DNA of 64,000 nucleotides, taken from assembly GCA_965214605.1 (NCBI GenBank), contig OZ243961.1, positions 1,056,001-1,120,000 on the forward strand, read 5' to 3'. The position numbers and the translations under genes are program-made. The stretch is from an uncultured Candidatus Binatia bacterium. Its GTDB lineage: Bacteria; Desulfobacterota; Binatia; Bin18. The notes below the pieces were generated by a model that had not been told where the DNA came from, did no database searches, and saw only the letters and a list, made by a program, of their open reading frames with translations. This document shows, in pieces, positions 44,401 through 53,942 of the stretch (its first letter is position 1; every line of letters starts with the position of its first letter).

Positions 44401-45265
44401 TTTGTCATTCTTATCAGTTCAGTCTCTGGAGCGGGACGAAACGATTGTTGTGCAGCCGAGCCTGGCCGTGCCACCGCCGAGCGACTTGCCAGCGGCACAG
44501 CAGCTGGACCAGGCCGAAGTCGGCAGGGAGCACGACCTCTTCACCAGTCTCATCCTGCAGCTGGTCGTGAATCTGGGTGACAACACCCGCGTCAAGCACC
44601 CGAACGCTCAGATTGCTCTGACCGGGGACGTGGCCCTGAGCAAAAAACACGACGAGGCGCTCCATATCGTCGGTCCTGTTAGAATAGCACGCGGCTGGGC
44701 AGGATTCCAAGGCCGCCGCTTTATCCTCAAGCGGGGAAACATTACCTTTACCGAAGCGGCCCACATGGATCCCGAGTTGGATATTCTCGGCCACTATACA
44801 CAAGACGACTATGCGATCGACGCCGTGGTTGGTGGTACGGTCAACCGCCCGACCCTCGTCCTGCGCAGCGATCCGCCTCTGGAGCAGGCCGATATTCTCT
44901 CCGTCCTGCTGTTTGGCAAACCTGCCAGGGCGCTGGGCAGAAGTGAGCAGATCGACCTGCGACAACAGGCGGTGGCCCTAACCAGCGGCTATGCCGCCGC
45001 CCGGATTGGACAATCGGTTTCGGAGGCCCTCGGGCTTGAAGAGTTGGGCATCGATCTGAGCGGACTAAATTTCTCGGGTGCTCACATCAGTTTTGAGGGC
45101 CGACTCAACCGTAAAACGCGGATTTCTGCCACCCAGAACATCGGCACCGGACATGGCCAAGCGGTAGCGGTTGATTACGAACTGAGCCCCAACATAGACA
45201 TGCGCACGACCGCCAGCTCGCAAGGCGCTAGCAGCGCCGATATTATCTGGCGCAAGCGGTATTAG
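41462..45265 (+). CDS. tamB: TamB (translocation and assembly module) protein
   Basis: N-terminal TM anchor, long beta-rich body, C-terminal DUF490-like SDPPLEQADILSVLLFG...WRKRY; follows tamA; GGAGG RBS. Confidence 0.88.
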   Translation: MTTVWKSLVWGTALLGLVMIGGLAFLQTEQFRSLARKQLITALNQHLKGHISLERIEGTLWGSLILHQVRLEYQGQTLVHIPRLVARYRLPALLKGRVSHLTLIQPVVQIAQDDQGRLNLLEAVSGTAAESQPGQSSLSIGLENLTVQGGHLSFDLSGRAYQLNNISLDADLASVPTGFEARVRRLTLQTAVQGFPRLSVDAVVAYQNTLSQAIVQLQQLRLTTDHSRVQLSGQLSGPSIPGTSFGLDIKLLLEKIGATDMLWLAPGLPLKHEITGRARFTGRPDDLHASLQLKTAEATVDVQARTDLSRRQPSYQGTVTLAHLDLAQVFDDERVSRVRARIHGTLRGRGVGASVSALETQADLRLERLRLADVELGAVSVQARLADQTVIVNGDLAGAAGQVSWQGSVALTNPPKYALTFTAKPLTLAVVGQDTLNLSGTVHGTGLRLSDMDTRADITLQPSRLGRLSLTRGRLLARISRGRIRVSEATLATPDAQLHLEGELGSALDHNGQLSYSLRVDRLSPWLARVGQEGAGRLTLEGAVTGSLASMRTQGTLRAEAIRLSQLSLATATIDFAADRLGQDQPRASLTVGLRGLHVGLDVQTLSAAVQLSSSNSDRRAHQLQLDLTATQTPEHQHHLRAHFLVQPEQIVAQLQNLSLALPLGTWHLAQPARLRHHAAGITFDRFVLAKHDEPAQQFVLQGRLATTGPQKMRFQLRDVSLEELVDLLPSQPPIRGTVSADIQIAGTAEVPVVAGSVSVNDLHLAGQTHAGLSATVRYQDQKTALGVIFRQDEHHTLHANASLPVSLSWAGGFQIGVLGDLNCSIRSDGLSLVFLNAFSGKALDDIAGTLQLDLQAGGPPTKPLLNGTFTLQDGQVRVKPLGLALRPISLTGSLTPHHIKIDRLRAAAGNGSLRGVGLVELLDYRPLALDLTVEATDWPTIWTHQYRLEIDADLHARGPLGAPQVNGQIEVQRATLRPDLSFLSVQSLERDETIVVQPSLAVPPPSDLPAAQQLDQAEVGREHDLFTSLILQLVVNLGDNTRVKHPNAQIALTGDVALSKKHDEALHIVGPVRIARGWAGFQGRRFILKRGNITFTEAAHMDPELDILGHYTQDDYAIDAVVGGTVNRPTLVLRSDPPLEQADILSVLLFGKPARALGRSEQIDLRQQAVALTSGYAAARIGQSVSEALGLEELGIDLSGLNFSGAHISFEGRLNRKTRISATQNIGTGHGQAVAVDYELSPNIDMRTTASSQGASSADIIWRKRY

Positions 45266-45297
45266 GCCTTGGAACGAAGCCACAAGGAGAGACGGAA

Positions 45298-45471
45298 CCG
45301 CATTCGGATGGGCAACACTCCTCCCAGTTGTCGGGGAGGTCCGCCCCCGTTGCAATGCTGTAAGCAGAAGCTTGCGGGTTTGGCATAGCCCTCTTGTCTC
45401 TGGGCTAGAAACGCAGTCAGAACACGCACGAGGCAGACTCTGCGCTACTGCATTCCACACGGGAAAAACAA
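45298..45471. repeat. Diverged direct repeat, copy 2 (second Uma2 5' remnant)
   Basis: Homologous to 39291-39466; minus-strand ATG gives MPNPQASAYSIATGADL vs MANLQASADSIEIVADL. Confidence 0.9.
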
Positions 45472-45502
45472 GGAGACGCTGGAGGAGAGAGAGGAGGAGC
45501 GC

Positions 45503-46624
45503 GTGAAAGTGCCATTCATAGATCTCAAAGCCCAGTACACGAGCATCAAGTCTGAAATCCGGGCCGCGATTGACCGGGTGTGCGAGTCCCAACACTTTAT
45601 CCTCGGCCCTGAGGTGGAGGCCCTTGAAGCGGACGTCGCTGCCCTGTGCGGAGCCCGTTTTGGGGTCGGCGTGTCTTCCGGTACTGACGCCTTACTTGTT
45701 GCCCTGATGGCGCTTGGTGTCGGAGCGGACGATGAGGTGGTGACAACACCCTATTCGTTTTTTGCCACCTCGGGTGTCATCGCTCGACTCAATGCCCGCC
45801 CGGTTTTTGTCGATATCGACCCCCAAACCTTCACTATCGACCTCAGCGCGGTCCCGGCCAAATTCAACGCCAAGACAAAAGCCATCATCCCAGTCCACTT
45901 ATATGGTCGATGTGTCGATCTAAAAGATATTGCTCGGCTGGCTGCCGCGCGCAAGATTCCAATTATTGAGGACGCTGCTCAGGCCATTGGGGCTATCGAC
46001 CCACACGGCCAGCCCGCAGGAACAGGCGGCGCAATGGGCTGTTTTTCGTTTTTTCCGAGCAAAAATCTGGGGGCCTTTGGTGACGGCGGCATGGTTGTCA
46101 CCAATGATGAAGGGCTAGTGGAGAGATTGCGCAACCTGCGCGTCCATGGCAGTCCCCACAAAGACGACTACGCCATGGTTGGTGGAAATTTTCGACTTGA
46201 TGCCCTACAGGCGGCGGTTCTACGGGTGAAGCTTCCCTATGTGGCAATGTGGACGGCTCTGCGGCGTGACAATGCCGAGCGGTATCGGCGTCTGTGTCAC
46301 GCCGCAGGGCTCTTGGACTGGCTCAGCCTGCCCCAAGACGTACCCGGTCATACCTATCATCAATTTACGATTCGGCTCCCCAAACGCGATGGAGTGGCCA
46401 AATTCTTGCAGCAACATGGGGTGGCAGCCGCCATTTATTACCCGCGCCCGCTCCATCTCCAGGAGTGTTTTGCCCCGCTCGGCTATCGAGAAGGAGATTT
46501 TCCCCATGCTGAGGCGGCCGCTCGGGAATCTCTGGCTCTCCCCATCTATCCGGAGCTGACCGAGGCTCAACAGCAATACGTCGTGGCAACGCTTAAAGCC
46601 GCCCGTCGCGAGTACGGCAGGTGA
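45503..46624 (+). CDS. DegT/DnrJ/EryC1/StrS PLP-dependent sugar aminotransferase
   Basis: SSGTDAL, PVHLYG, IEDAAQAIG, FSFFPSKNLGAFGDGG. Confidence 0.94.
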   Translation: MKVPFIDLKAQYTSIKSEIRAAIDRVCESQHFILGPEVEALEADVAALCGARFGVGVSSGTDALLVALMALGVGADDEVVTTPYSFFATSGVIARLNARPVFVDIDPQTFTIDLSAVPAKFNAKTKAIIPVHLYGRCVDLKDIARLAAARKIPIIEDAAQAIGAIDPHGQPAGTGGAMGCFSFFPSKNLGAFGDGGMVVTNDEGLVERLRNLRVHGSPHKDDYAMVGGNFRLDALQAAVLRVKLPYVAMWTALRRDNAERYRRLCHAAGLLDWLSLPQDVPGHTYHQFTIRLPKRDGVAKFLQQHGVAAAIYYPRPLHLQECFAPLGYREGDFPHAEAAARESLALPIYPELTEAQQQYVVATLKAARREYGR

Positions 46625-46793
46625 TAATCCCCGTCCTGTTTGTGCAAAGAGAGCGTTCACATCTCCAAAGCAATCCCTCCGTTAGCTCTGCGGCTTAGCC
46701 CTCTTCTTGGTGCCGTTTGATCAAACCGTCCCCCCATGACACATAGCCTTCGCTTCGGCTTAATGATAAAGCGGCACACGAGGAGGATATGTT

Positions 46794-47240
46794 ATGTCTC
46801 GCCTATTCTCAGGTGGCTGTGCCTGCACGGCGATTCGCTACGAGTGCAGCGCCGAACCTATTTTTTCCTGGACGTGTTATTGCCGGGACTGTCAACGGGC
46901 GAGTGGCGGCATGCTGTGCCCAGTGATGTACGTGCCCAAAACGGTGCTCACGATCTCAGGCCAGGCGAAATATTATGAGGTCACGGCAGATAGTGGCAAC
47001 GCCGTCCGCCGGGGCTTCTGTGCCGAATGTGGCTGTCCGGTCTTTATCGATGCCAAACTCGTGCCAGACCTGATGGGTCTGTGGGCCGCCAGCTTAGACG
47101 ATCCCAACCGCTTCACTCCCCAGGTCGAGGTGTGGACGGCCAGCGCTCCAACCTGGGCGTACCTGCAACCGGAGCTGGACAAATACGAGCACGCGCCAAA
47201 TGAAGAGCAGATGCGCTACATTCTGGCGTCTCGGGCCTAG
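46794..47240 (+). CDS. GFA/CENP-V family Zn protein
   Basis: GGCACTAIRY, CYCRDCQR, RGFCAECG. Confidence 0.9.
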   Translation: MSRLFSGGCACTAIRYECSAEPIFSWTCYCRDCQRASGGMLCPVMYVPKTVLTISGQAKYYEVTADSGNAVRRGFCAECGCPVFIDAKLVPDLMGLWAASLDDPNRFTPQVEVWTASAPTWAYLQPELDKYEHAPNEEQMRYILASRA

Positions 47241-47340
47241 GGGAGAAAGAAAAGGCAAAGAGCAAAAAATCTCCCCACATATTTGTAATGGCAGCCCTTT
47301 CTGATATATCCCTAGGGTGAGCTTTACGGGAGGAGTGCCT

Positions 47341-48105
47341 ATGGGTCGCTTGGATGGAAAAGCGATTATTCTGACGGGGGCCGCGCGCGGACAGGGAGCG
47401 GTTGCCGCGGAGACGTTTGCCAAGGAAGGAGCACGGCTCCTGCTGAGCGACGTGTTAAGCGAGAAGGGCGAGCGGGTGGCAGCCAAAATTAATGCGGACG
47501 GGGGGCAGGCCGTATTCGAAGTCGGCGATGTCTCGCAGGAAGCCGACCCACCGCGTTTGGCAGAGCGCTGCGCCTCGGCCTTCGGGCGGATCGACGTCTT
47601 ATACAACAATGCCGGAGTCATTCTCGGCAAACCCATTCAGGACACCAGTCTTGACGAGTGGAATCAGATTCTGCGGATTGACCTGACCGGCCCGTTTTTA
47701 ATGAGCAAGGCGGTCATTCCTCACATGATGACTCAAAAGAGCGGCTCCATCATCAATATCTCTTCGGCCGGTGGTATTGTTGGCTATCCCTCTATGGCCG
47801 CCTACGGGGCAGCCAAAGGCGGCCTAGTCAATCTGACCCGCTGTATGGCGGTCGATCTAGCCAGCTACAATATCCGGGTCAACGCAATCTGTCCGGGCGC
47901 AATCGATACCCCCATGCCACGTGCGTATATCAAGAACATGGAAAACAAAGAGGCGGCCTGGCAGCAGATTGCGGATGCCCATCTGTTAAAGCGCTTTGGC
48001 AGGCCGATCGAGGTCGTTCATCTGGCGCTGTTCCTGGCCGCTGATGAATCAAGCTTTATGACCGGTTCGATCATTCCGGTCGATGGTGGGCAGACGGCGT
48101 ATTAA
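47341..48105 (+). CDS. Short-chain dehydrogenase/reductase
   Basis: TGAARGQG, NNAG, YGAAKGG, IRVNAICPG, VDGG. Confidence 0.93.
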   Translation: MGRLDGKAIILTGAARGQGAVAAETFAKEGARLLLSDVLSEKGERVAAKINADGGQAVFEVGDVSQEADPPRLAERCASAFGRIDVLYNNAGVILGKPIQDTSLDEWNQILRIDLTGPFLMSKAVIPHMMTQKSGSIINISSAGGIVGYPSMAAYGAAKGGLVNLTRCMAVDLASYNIRVNAICPGAIDTPMPRAYIKNMENKEAAWQQIADAHLLKRFGRPIEVVHLALFLAADESSFMTGSIIPVDGGQTAY

Positions 48106-48106
48106 A

Positions 48107-48832
48107 TCAGTCTGAACGCACGGTCCATTTCTTCAATTGCAACACCAGGCGTTGCCGCTCGTTGAGGCTCAGATTGCCGCTGCCCTCAAGCAGCGGGAAC
48201 GTTTCGTCGCGCTGCACCATCCCAACGCCCGGAGCGTACAGGCTGATCACCGTCACCTTGCCACCTTTACTCCAGTGCATAACCTCGACACAGTCTTCGA
48301 AAGTCCCGGCTGGGAGGGTCACGGCTTGGTCTAGGGCGGTAATCTCATACCGGCCGTCGTTGTTCTCCCACACTGTCCCAGTCCGTAGGGGTCTTTTGAG
48401 GAAAAATGTAGGTCCGGCATCTGTGCTCGGCTTGTCTTGTAGCTGGGCTCGAAATTTCCTGTGGATCATCGGCTGGGGTTGGAGGTCAACATTTATATCG
48501 TTATTGGTCAGGCGCTCAATACCGTCGGCCGTTGGCCGAAACTCCTCCTCAAAACTGGCGGTCGCCAACGAATCGGTCGTAATTTTGACCACAAACACGT
48601 CCTCTTCCTCACGAACAACTTCCCACTCTTCGGTACTGCTGCCCGCGCTGCCCTCATATAGCCAGCGATTCCCCACCGCCAGCGGGAAATAGGTCACCAG
48701 GTCCGGTTGTGCCCCAGCCACACCCTGTAGCCACAGCACGATAGCGACAACCCCGATGACCACAGAGCCGCGGTGCGCACGTTTCTTCGATCGATTTCCC
48801 ATCGTCCTCCTCGCCCAGTGTTCATCTTGCAC
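48107..48832 (-). CDS. Exported hypothetical protein (beta-rich; YFPL..G..W.Y...V..PAG.F...YAPGVG.V type); start uncertain
   Basis: Signal-peptide-like segment ending AGA-Q; motifs YFPLAVGNRWLY, VTLPAGTFEDC, YAPGVGMV. Confidence 0.65.
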   Translation of the reverse strand: MQDEHWARRTMGNRSKKRAHRGSVVIGVVAIVLWLQGVAGAQPDLVTYFPLAVGNRWLYEGSAGSSTEEWEVVREEEDVFVVKITTDSLATASFEEEFRPTADGIERLTNNDINVDLQPQPMIHRKFRAQLQDKPSTDAGPTFFLKRPLRTGTVWENNDGRYEITALDQAVTLPAGTFEDCVEVMHWSKGGKVTVISLYAPGVGMVQRDETFPLLEGSGNLSLNERQRLVLQLKKWTVRSD

Positions 48833-48864
48833 ACAGACCGGGCGACCAGATAAAGGATTGTACC

Positions 48865-51003
48865 ATGACCAAACGAGAAAGACACACTGGCTGTGGTGAG
48901 CAGATGACCCTGCTCACCCGGCGCGCCAGGGACGACCTCGGCACGCTAGTCGGCCAGTTGACAAGCGCCCAAGGAGACCGGCGCCGTGAGCTGCAAGCCC
49001 TTCTCCAACGCCGGCTGACCGATCCAGGCCAGTTGGCAGACAGTTCGGTCCTGCCGGCTGACCACCCGCTGAGACGCCAGGCAAGGATTGTTCAGCAGCT
49101 GTTCAGCGCCGTCACTACTGCTCCGCTGTCGACGGGCGCCCTGGCCGGCTTAGACACCATCCCGCGCCAATCTCCGCTGGCACCCTGGAAATTACTCATC
49201 CGCGCACTTGATGCGTTTTATCGCCGCGCAGATGAACTGGCTGAAGCCAATCTGGCCCGGATCCCGGCCGATTCCGGTCCGGGCCGTTTGGTCCCAGTCC
49301 TGCGAGCCCTGCTGAGTAAAACCGATACACTGGCTGAGTCGGAATTTCCCGACCCCAGCGCTCATGTAGCGGCCCTGTTGGAGCAGGTCAGCGCCGGCAA
49401 TCACGCCCGACGCAGCCAGCTCAGCCAGGCACTGCTCTCTCATAACGAAAACCCTCCCCGCGCCACCCTACAACCCTTCCTCCCGTGGCTGGCCACTCTT
49501 CCGGCTAGCCATAGACACACGTTTATAAGGACGATGTTACACCACTGGCAACGGAATGGGGGGCTGTCACCCGGCCTCATAGACCTCCTCAGCCATCAAA
49601 GCATTGACCCCGATATGCAGCGTCTTGCTGCCCTCAGCCTTGAACACCGCCACTGGGACGGGGCACTGCTGCTGTGGGACGCCTACCTCAGCGCGGCTCA
49701 GGCCGCAGGGCGGCTGTCTCCGAGCAGCCCGGAAACCGTTCATATTCTGCTGCATATGAGCGATCTGTTTCCGTCCGCTCCGCAGCAGATACTAGACGAT
49801 TTAGGCCTGGCTTCTGAACAAGCACTCCGGCACCTGATCCGCACCGGCCAGTTTCCGGCCGTCTTTGATCGGGCCGCCCTGCTTGACCGGGCACGTCAAG
49901 CCGTCGGGGCTCTCTCGCCTCAACTCGGAGCACGGGTCTTTCGGGCCTCACTCGCCTACCATGAGCGGCGCGATGTCAAACGGGCCGAGGCTGAGGCCGA
50001 AGCCTGGCACAGCGCCTATCCGCACGATCTTGAGCCCCTGCTCTACCTGCTTGAAACCGCAGAAAAGCGTGGCGCAGTCCGAAAAGCGCTCGATTTTGTA
50101 GCCAAAGCAGAAGCCCTGAACCGCCTCCATCCCCAGCTACGGCACAGCCGGTTTCGGCTCCTGTTATCAAGAGCCGAGCGGCGGATTCAAGAGGCCAAAT
50201 CCACGCTGGCCTTGGCCGATCTGGAACGCCTAGCCCAAGAACCACGAGCCAACGAGGGCGATACCAAAGCTTATCTGTTGTCTCTCAACTGGGCGCTCGC
50301 CCACAAAATGGGCGATGCCGCCAGCGCCCAAAATCTGGCGCAGACCTTAGCCAGAACGGTCAACAATCAGGCTCTGCACGCCCTGATCCTCGCCACTGTG
50401 AGTGAGATTACCAAAGTCTCTCGCCCTCAATGGTCAGCGAAAATTCCGTCCCTCCAGGCGATTGAGGGGCTGGCGCGGGCATGTGCCCTGTTTGGGGCGC
50501 TGAACCATCGGGTAGCTGTACCGGACAGTTTCGTGAGCCAGGTTGAAAAAAACCTGGACAAGGCCACTGTGGCTCAGTTGCACGCCCTGTGTCACGGCGG
50601 CTTAGCCATCGGGCAGCCAACCCTGACCTATATCGCTGCCGGTCACGGGCTGCGCTACCCAGAACCCCACCTGCACCGTTTTCTGTTGGCTCGCGGCAAA
50701 AGCCTAGGGGGAATACTCACCCATGCTCACCAAACCCGAGCCCGCAACTGTCTACGGGCGGCCCGTGAGTTGGCCAACCGGACACGGGATAAAGAGGCAA
50801 CGGACCAGGCAGCGGCAGCACTCGACACACTGCCGACCTGGGGAGAGATAGAGGCCGTGCTGCTTGCTGCTCCCCACCACCCGCCTAGTCAGGCACAAAT
50901 AGACCTGGCTCTTGAGGTCGAACGCCGTCATACTACGCCGCCACGTCTGGCCGGCCACGCGGCCGCTCACAGGCCCACTTTATCACAAGAAGCCTTGCGA
51001 TAG
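48865..51003 (+). CDS. Large all-helical, TPR-like hypothetical protein (first gene of chaperone operon)
   Basis: 712-aa open frame, Ala/Leu-rich helical pattern (e.g. PLLYLLETAEKRGAVRKALDFVAKAEALNRLHP); no catalytic motif recognised. Confidence 0.75.
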   Translation: MTKRERHTGCGEQMTLLTRRARDDLGTLVGQLTSAQGDRRRELQALLQRRLTDPGQLADSSVLPADHPLRRQARIVQQLFSAVTTAPLSTGALAGLDTIPRQSPLAPWKLLIRALDAFYRRADELAEANLARIPADSGPGRLVPVLRALLSKTDTLAESEFPDPSAHVAALLEQVSAGNHARRSQLSQALLSHNENPPRATLQPFLPWLATLPASHRHTFIRTMLHHWQRNGGLSPGLIDLLSHQSIDPDMQRLAALSLEHRHWDGALLLWDAYLSAAQAAGRLSPSSPETVHILLHMSDLFPSAPQQILDDLGLASEQALRHLIRTGQFPAVFDRAALLDRARQAVGALSPQLGARVFRASLAYHERRDVKRAEAEAEAWHSAYPHDLEPLLYLLETAEKRGAVRKALDFVAKAEALNRLHPQLRHSRFRLLLSRAERRIQEAKSTLALADLERLAQEPRANEGDTKAYLLSLNWALAHKMGDAASAQNLAQTLARTVNNQALHALILATVSEITKVSRPQWSAKIPSLQAIEGLARACALFGALNHRVAVPDSFVSQVEKNLDKATVAQLHALCHGGLAIGQPTLTYIAAGHGLRYPEPHLHRFLLARGKSLGGILTHAHQTRARNCLRAARELANRTRDKEATDQAAAALDTLPTWGEIEAVLLAAPHHPPSQAQIDLALEVERRHTTPPRLAGHAAAHRPTLSQEALR

Positions 51004-51019
51004 GATGTGGTGCTTAACA

Positions 51020-51328
51020 ATGAAAAACACCGCCATGCTCAACCCTTTTGTCGTTCTCAATGTTAAAGACACCGCCGATGATGAGACCATTCGGGCGGCC
51101 TATGTGCGAGCCCTCAGGCATTCCCCACCAGACCGCGATCCGGAAGGATTTGGCCGGATTCGGGATGCGTATGAAGCGATTCGGGATGCCGAAAAACGTC
51201 TCGCCTATCGCCTGTTCGGTCCGTTGCCGCTCGCCCGAGTTGAGGACCTATTTGATCTCATACCAGACGAACGGCGGCATCTCGGTCCAGAGCCGTGGTT
51301 AAATATCCTGCGGGGGGCACAACGGTGA
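51020..51328 (+). CDS. Small J-domain protein with non-canonical loop (HSPPD in place of HPD)
   Basis: NPFVVLNV..TADDETIRAAY...HSPPDRDPEGFGRIRDAYEAI..AEKR..Y. Confidence 0.85.
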   Translation: MKNTAMLNPFVVLNVKDTADDETIRAAYVRALRHSPPDRDPEGFGRIRDAYEAIRDAEKRLAYRLFGPLPLARVEDLFDLIPDERRHLGPEPWLNILRGAQR

Positions 51329-52023
51329 GCAGGTTCACTGCGGACCAACGTCAACGTCTGCTAGAGACTGTCCAATCCTGGCTTGACGAACTCGATCAGG
51401 CAGAGCCGGCCCCGTCGGGTCTTTCCCCTGACATCATGGCTTCACCTGAGCCAGTTCCCGATCTGTTTTCTGTACTTGGGCAGCTGAGCGCGCTGACTCG
51501 TGAGACCCAGCTGCAAGGCCGGGCCACCAACCGTCTGCACACCGAACTTGGTCAGACCCTAGACGGGCTGGCCGAGCAAGTTGCCCAAAGCGAGACATCC
51601 ACCTCTGGCCAAGCCTTAGTCCGCCAACTGAGCCAGGCACGGCGCGAGACGCGCACCGAACTCGTATCCGAGCTGCTTGAGGTCCGCGACCACCTGAGCC
51701 GTAATCTGATCGAGGCCGAGCGGCGGCTCACCAACTTGAGCGGCCTACGTGCCCGTCTTGGCCAACGTCCGGTGCTCGAAGCCCTCGTCAAAGGCACGCA
51801 TCTGGCCCAGGAGCGGCTCGACGATCTGCTGCGGCGGCTGGATGTGTACGAGATTGCATGTCTTAACGCGGCATTCGATCCAAATCTGATGCGAGCAACC
51901 GCAGTCAGTCACACCACCACTGCAGTTCCAGGCACGGTAATCGCAGTTATCCGTCCCGGCTACACCTGTAACGGCCAGGTCATACGTTTTGCCGAAGTAA
52001 AGGTGGCCAAGAACAAGGAATGA
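51325..52023 (+). CDS. GrpE-like nucleotide exchange factor
   Basis: Coiled coil, ELLEVRDHL, AFDPNLMRA, GTVIAVIRPGY...VIRFAEVKV; GTG overlaps J-gene stop (GTGA). Confidence 0.85.
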   Translation: MSRFTADQRQRLLETVQSWLDELDQAEPAPSGLSPDIMASPEPVPDLFSVLGQLSALTRETQLQGRATNRLHTELGQTLDGLAEQVAQSETSTSGQALVRQLSQARRETRTELVSELLEVRDHLSRNLIEAERRLTNLSGLRARLGQRPVLEALVKGTHLAQERLDDLLRRLDVYEIACLNAAFDPNLMRATAVSHTTTAVPGTVIAVIRPGYTCNGQVIRFAEVKVAKNKE

Positions 52024-52055
52024 GAAACGGCGGAGAAAGACGCTGACCAACGACC

Positions 52056-53924
52056 ATGACACATGACACTATCCTTGGCATTGACCTGGGCACCACCACC
52101 TCCGAGGTTGCGGCCATCGTCGGTGGCGAAGTCCAGGTGTTGGCCGTTGACGGCGAGCGGACGATGCCTTCGGTCGTCGGCCTCACTCCAGACAACCGTA
52201 TCCTGGTTGGCACCCCGGCTCGGAATCAATACCCCTTGTATCCAACCCGCACGGTGAAGTCGATCAAACGCCTGATGGGCTCCTCTCAACAGGTCGTGCT
52301 GGGCCGGCACAGCTATTCCCCACCAGAAATCTCAGCCCTGATCCTACGCAGACTGAAAACACGCGCTGAGACTGTCCTGGGCCGCTCACTCCCCCGAGCG
52401 GTTATCACCGTGCCGGCCTATTTCTCCGACGCCCAACGCCAAGCCACCCGAGACGCCGGCCACATCGCCGGCCTGGAGGTCGTCCGTATTCTCAATGAAC
52501 CGACCGCCGCAGCCCTGGCCTATGGCGCCGACCGGCGGGGAGAGCGCACAGTCCTGATTTATGACCTGGGCGGAGGGACGTTCGATGTGTCCCTGGTCCA
52601 GGTCCGGGACGAGATTACCGAGGTCATCGCCAGTCACGGCAACAACCACCTGGGCGGTGATGATTTCGACCAGCGGTTGTTGGACTGGGTCCATGACCAG
52701 TTTGTCCAGTCGGGCGGCCCAGACATTCGAACCGATCCCATAGCTATGAGCCGTCTATTATGTGCGGTTGAGGAGGCCAAAAAGCGCCTGAGCTTTGAGC
52801 CCTACACCCGTATTCGGGAAGAGCATTTGGCCGAACAAAATGGGGTCCCAGTCCACCTTGATCTGGAAATATCTCGGGCGGACTATGAACTGTTGATCCA
52901 GCATCTGGTGGAAACCACCCTGGACAGCGTGCATCAAGCACTGAACGACGCAGGGAAGCGGCCGGACCAGATTGACGAGGTGCTGCTGGTCGGTGGCGCG
53001 AGTCGTACGCCGCTGGTATCCCAGCTTCTTGAAGACAAGACCGGCTTAGTCCCCCACCAAGACCTCCAGCCCGAGCTGTGTGTCGCCTTTGGGGCCGGGG
53101 TGTTAGCCGCCCGCCAGGCGGGCCACAATATTGATCGGGTTTTGGTCGATATCTCGCCCTACTCTTTTGGTCCGTCGCACCTTGGTTTTCTGAACGGTAG
53201 ACCGTATGAACACTGTTACCACCCGATTATTCGGCGCAACACGCCCCTGCCAGTCAGCCGCACCGACTCCTACCATACGCTGGTTGACGGGCAAGCCGAC
53301 TGGCAGGTATCCGTCTATCAGGGCGACGATCCAGACGCCTTAAACAACATTTTGGTTGGACGCTTCTGCGTGGAAGGACTCTCCCACGTGCCGGCCGGCA
53401 ATGAGATGCTGTGCCGTATGGAACTCGATCTGGATGGAATTCTCAAAGTCACGGCTATTGAGAAGCGCACCGGTTTGGCCCGGCACATTACGATTGAGGG
53501 AGCTACTACTGCCATGTCAGCCGAGGATCTGGCCCAAGCCCGTCAGCGTACGCACGACTTATTGGCCCAGGACTGCACAGACACGGCCGAAGCGTTTGAG
53601 CAGGAGGAGATACATTCCGGCCGGACCGAACTGACGACATACGAGAACGCTGATGGCCACCAGAGCCGGATGAAACCAGCGTTGACGTTTGTGGAAACCA
53701 CCCAGGACCGCGAAAGCCAAGAGCTGCGCCAACACGTGTTTGCCGCCGGCCGCCTGTTAGAGCGAAGCCGTCGCCTGCTGAAAAAAATGACGCCTGAAGA
53801 CCAACAAGAGGCGCTCGAGCTGCACCAACAAATCGAGGAGGCGCTGCGGATACAGAATTGGGACTATCTCCACACGGCAATTACCGAGCTGACCGATCTG
53901 CTGTTTTATGTCGAAGAAGCCTAG
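52056..53924 (+). CDS. Divergent Hsp70/DnaK-family chaperone
   Basis: GIDLGTT, ITVPAYFSDAQRQAT, NEPTAAALAYG, YDLGGGTFDVS, LGGDDFD, LLVGGASRTP; linker VLVDISPYSFG. Confidence 0.95.
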   Translation: MTHDTILGIDLGTTTSEVAAIVGGEVQVLAVDGERTMPSVVGLTPDNRILVGTPARNQYPLYPTRTVKSIKRLMGSSQQVVLGRHSYSPPEISALILRRLKTRAETVLGRSLPRAVITVPAYFSDAQRQATRDAGHIAGLEVVRILNEPTAAALAYGADRRGERTVLIYDLGGGTFDVSLVQVRDEITEVIASHGNNHLGGDDFDQRLLDWVHDQFVQSGGPDIRTDPIAMSRLLCAVEEAKKRLSFEPYTRIREEHLAEQNGVPVHLDLEISRADYELLIQHLVETTLDSVHQALNDAGKRPDQIDEVLLVGGASRTPLVSQLLEDKTGLVPHQDLQPELCVAFGAGVLAARQAGHNIDRVLVDISPYSFGPSHLGFLNGRPYEHCYHPIIRRNTPLPVSRTDSYHTLVDGQADWQVSVYQGDDPDALNNILVGRFCVEGLSHVPAGNEMLCRMELDLDGILKVTAIEKRTGLARHITIEGATTAMSAEDLAQARQRTHDLLAQDCTDTAEAFEQEEIHSGRTELTTYENADGHQSRMKPALTFVETTQDRESQELRQHVFAAGRLLERSRRLLKKMTPEDQQEALELHQQIEEALRIQNWDYLHTAITELTDLLFYVEEA

Positions 53925-53942
53925 CCACGGAGACTCTCCAGC

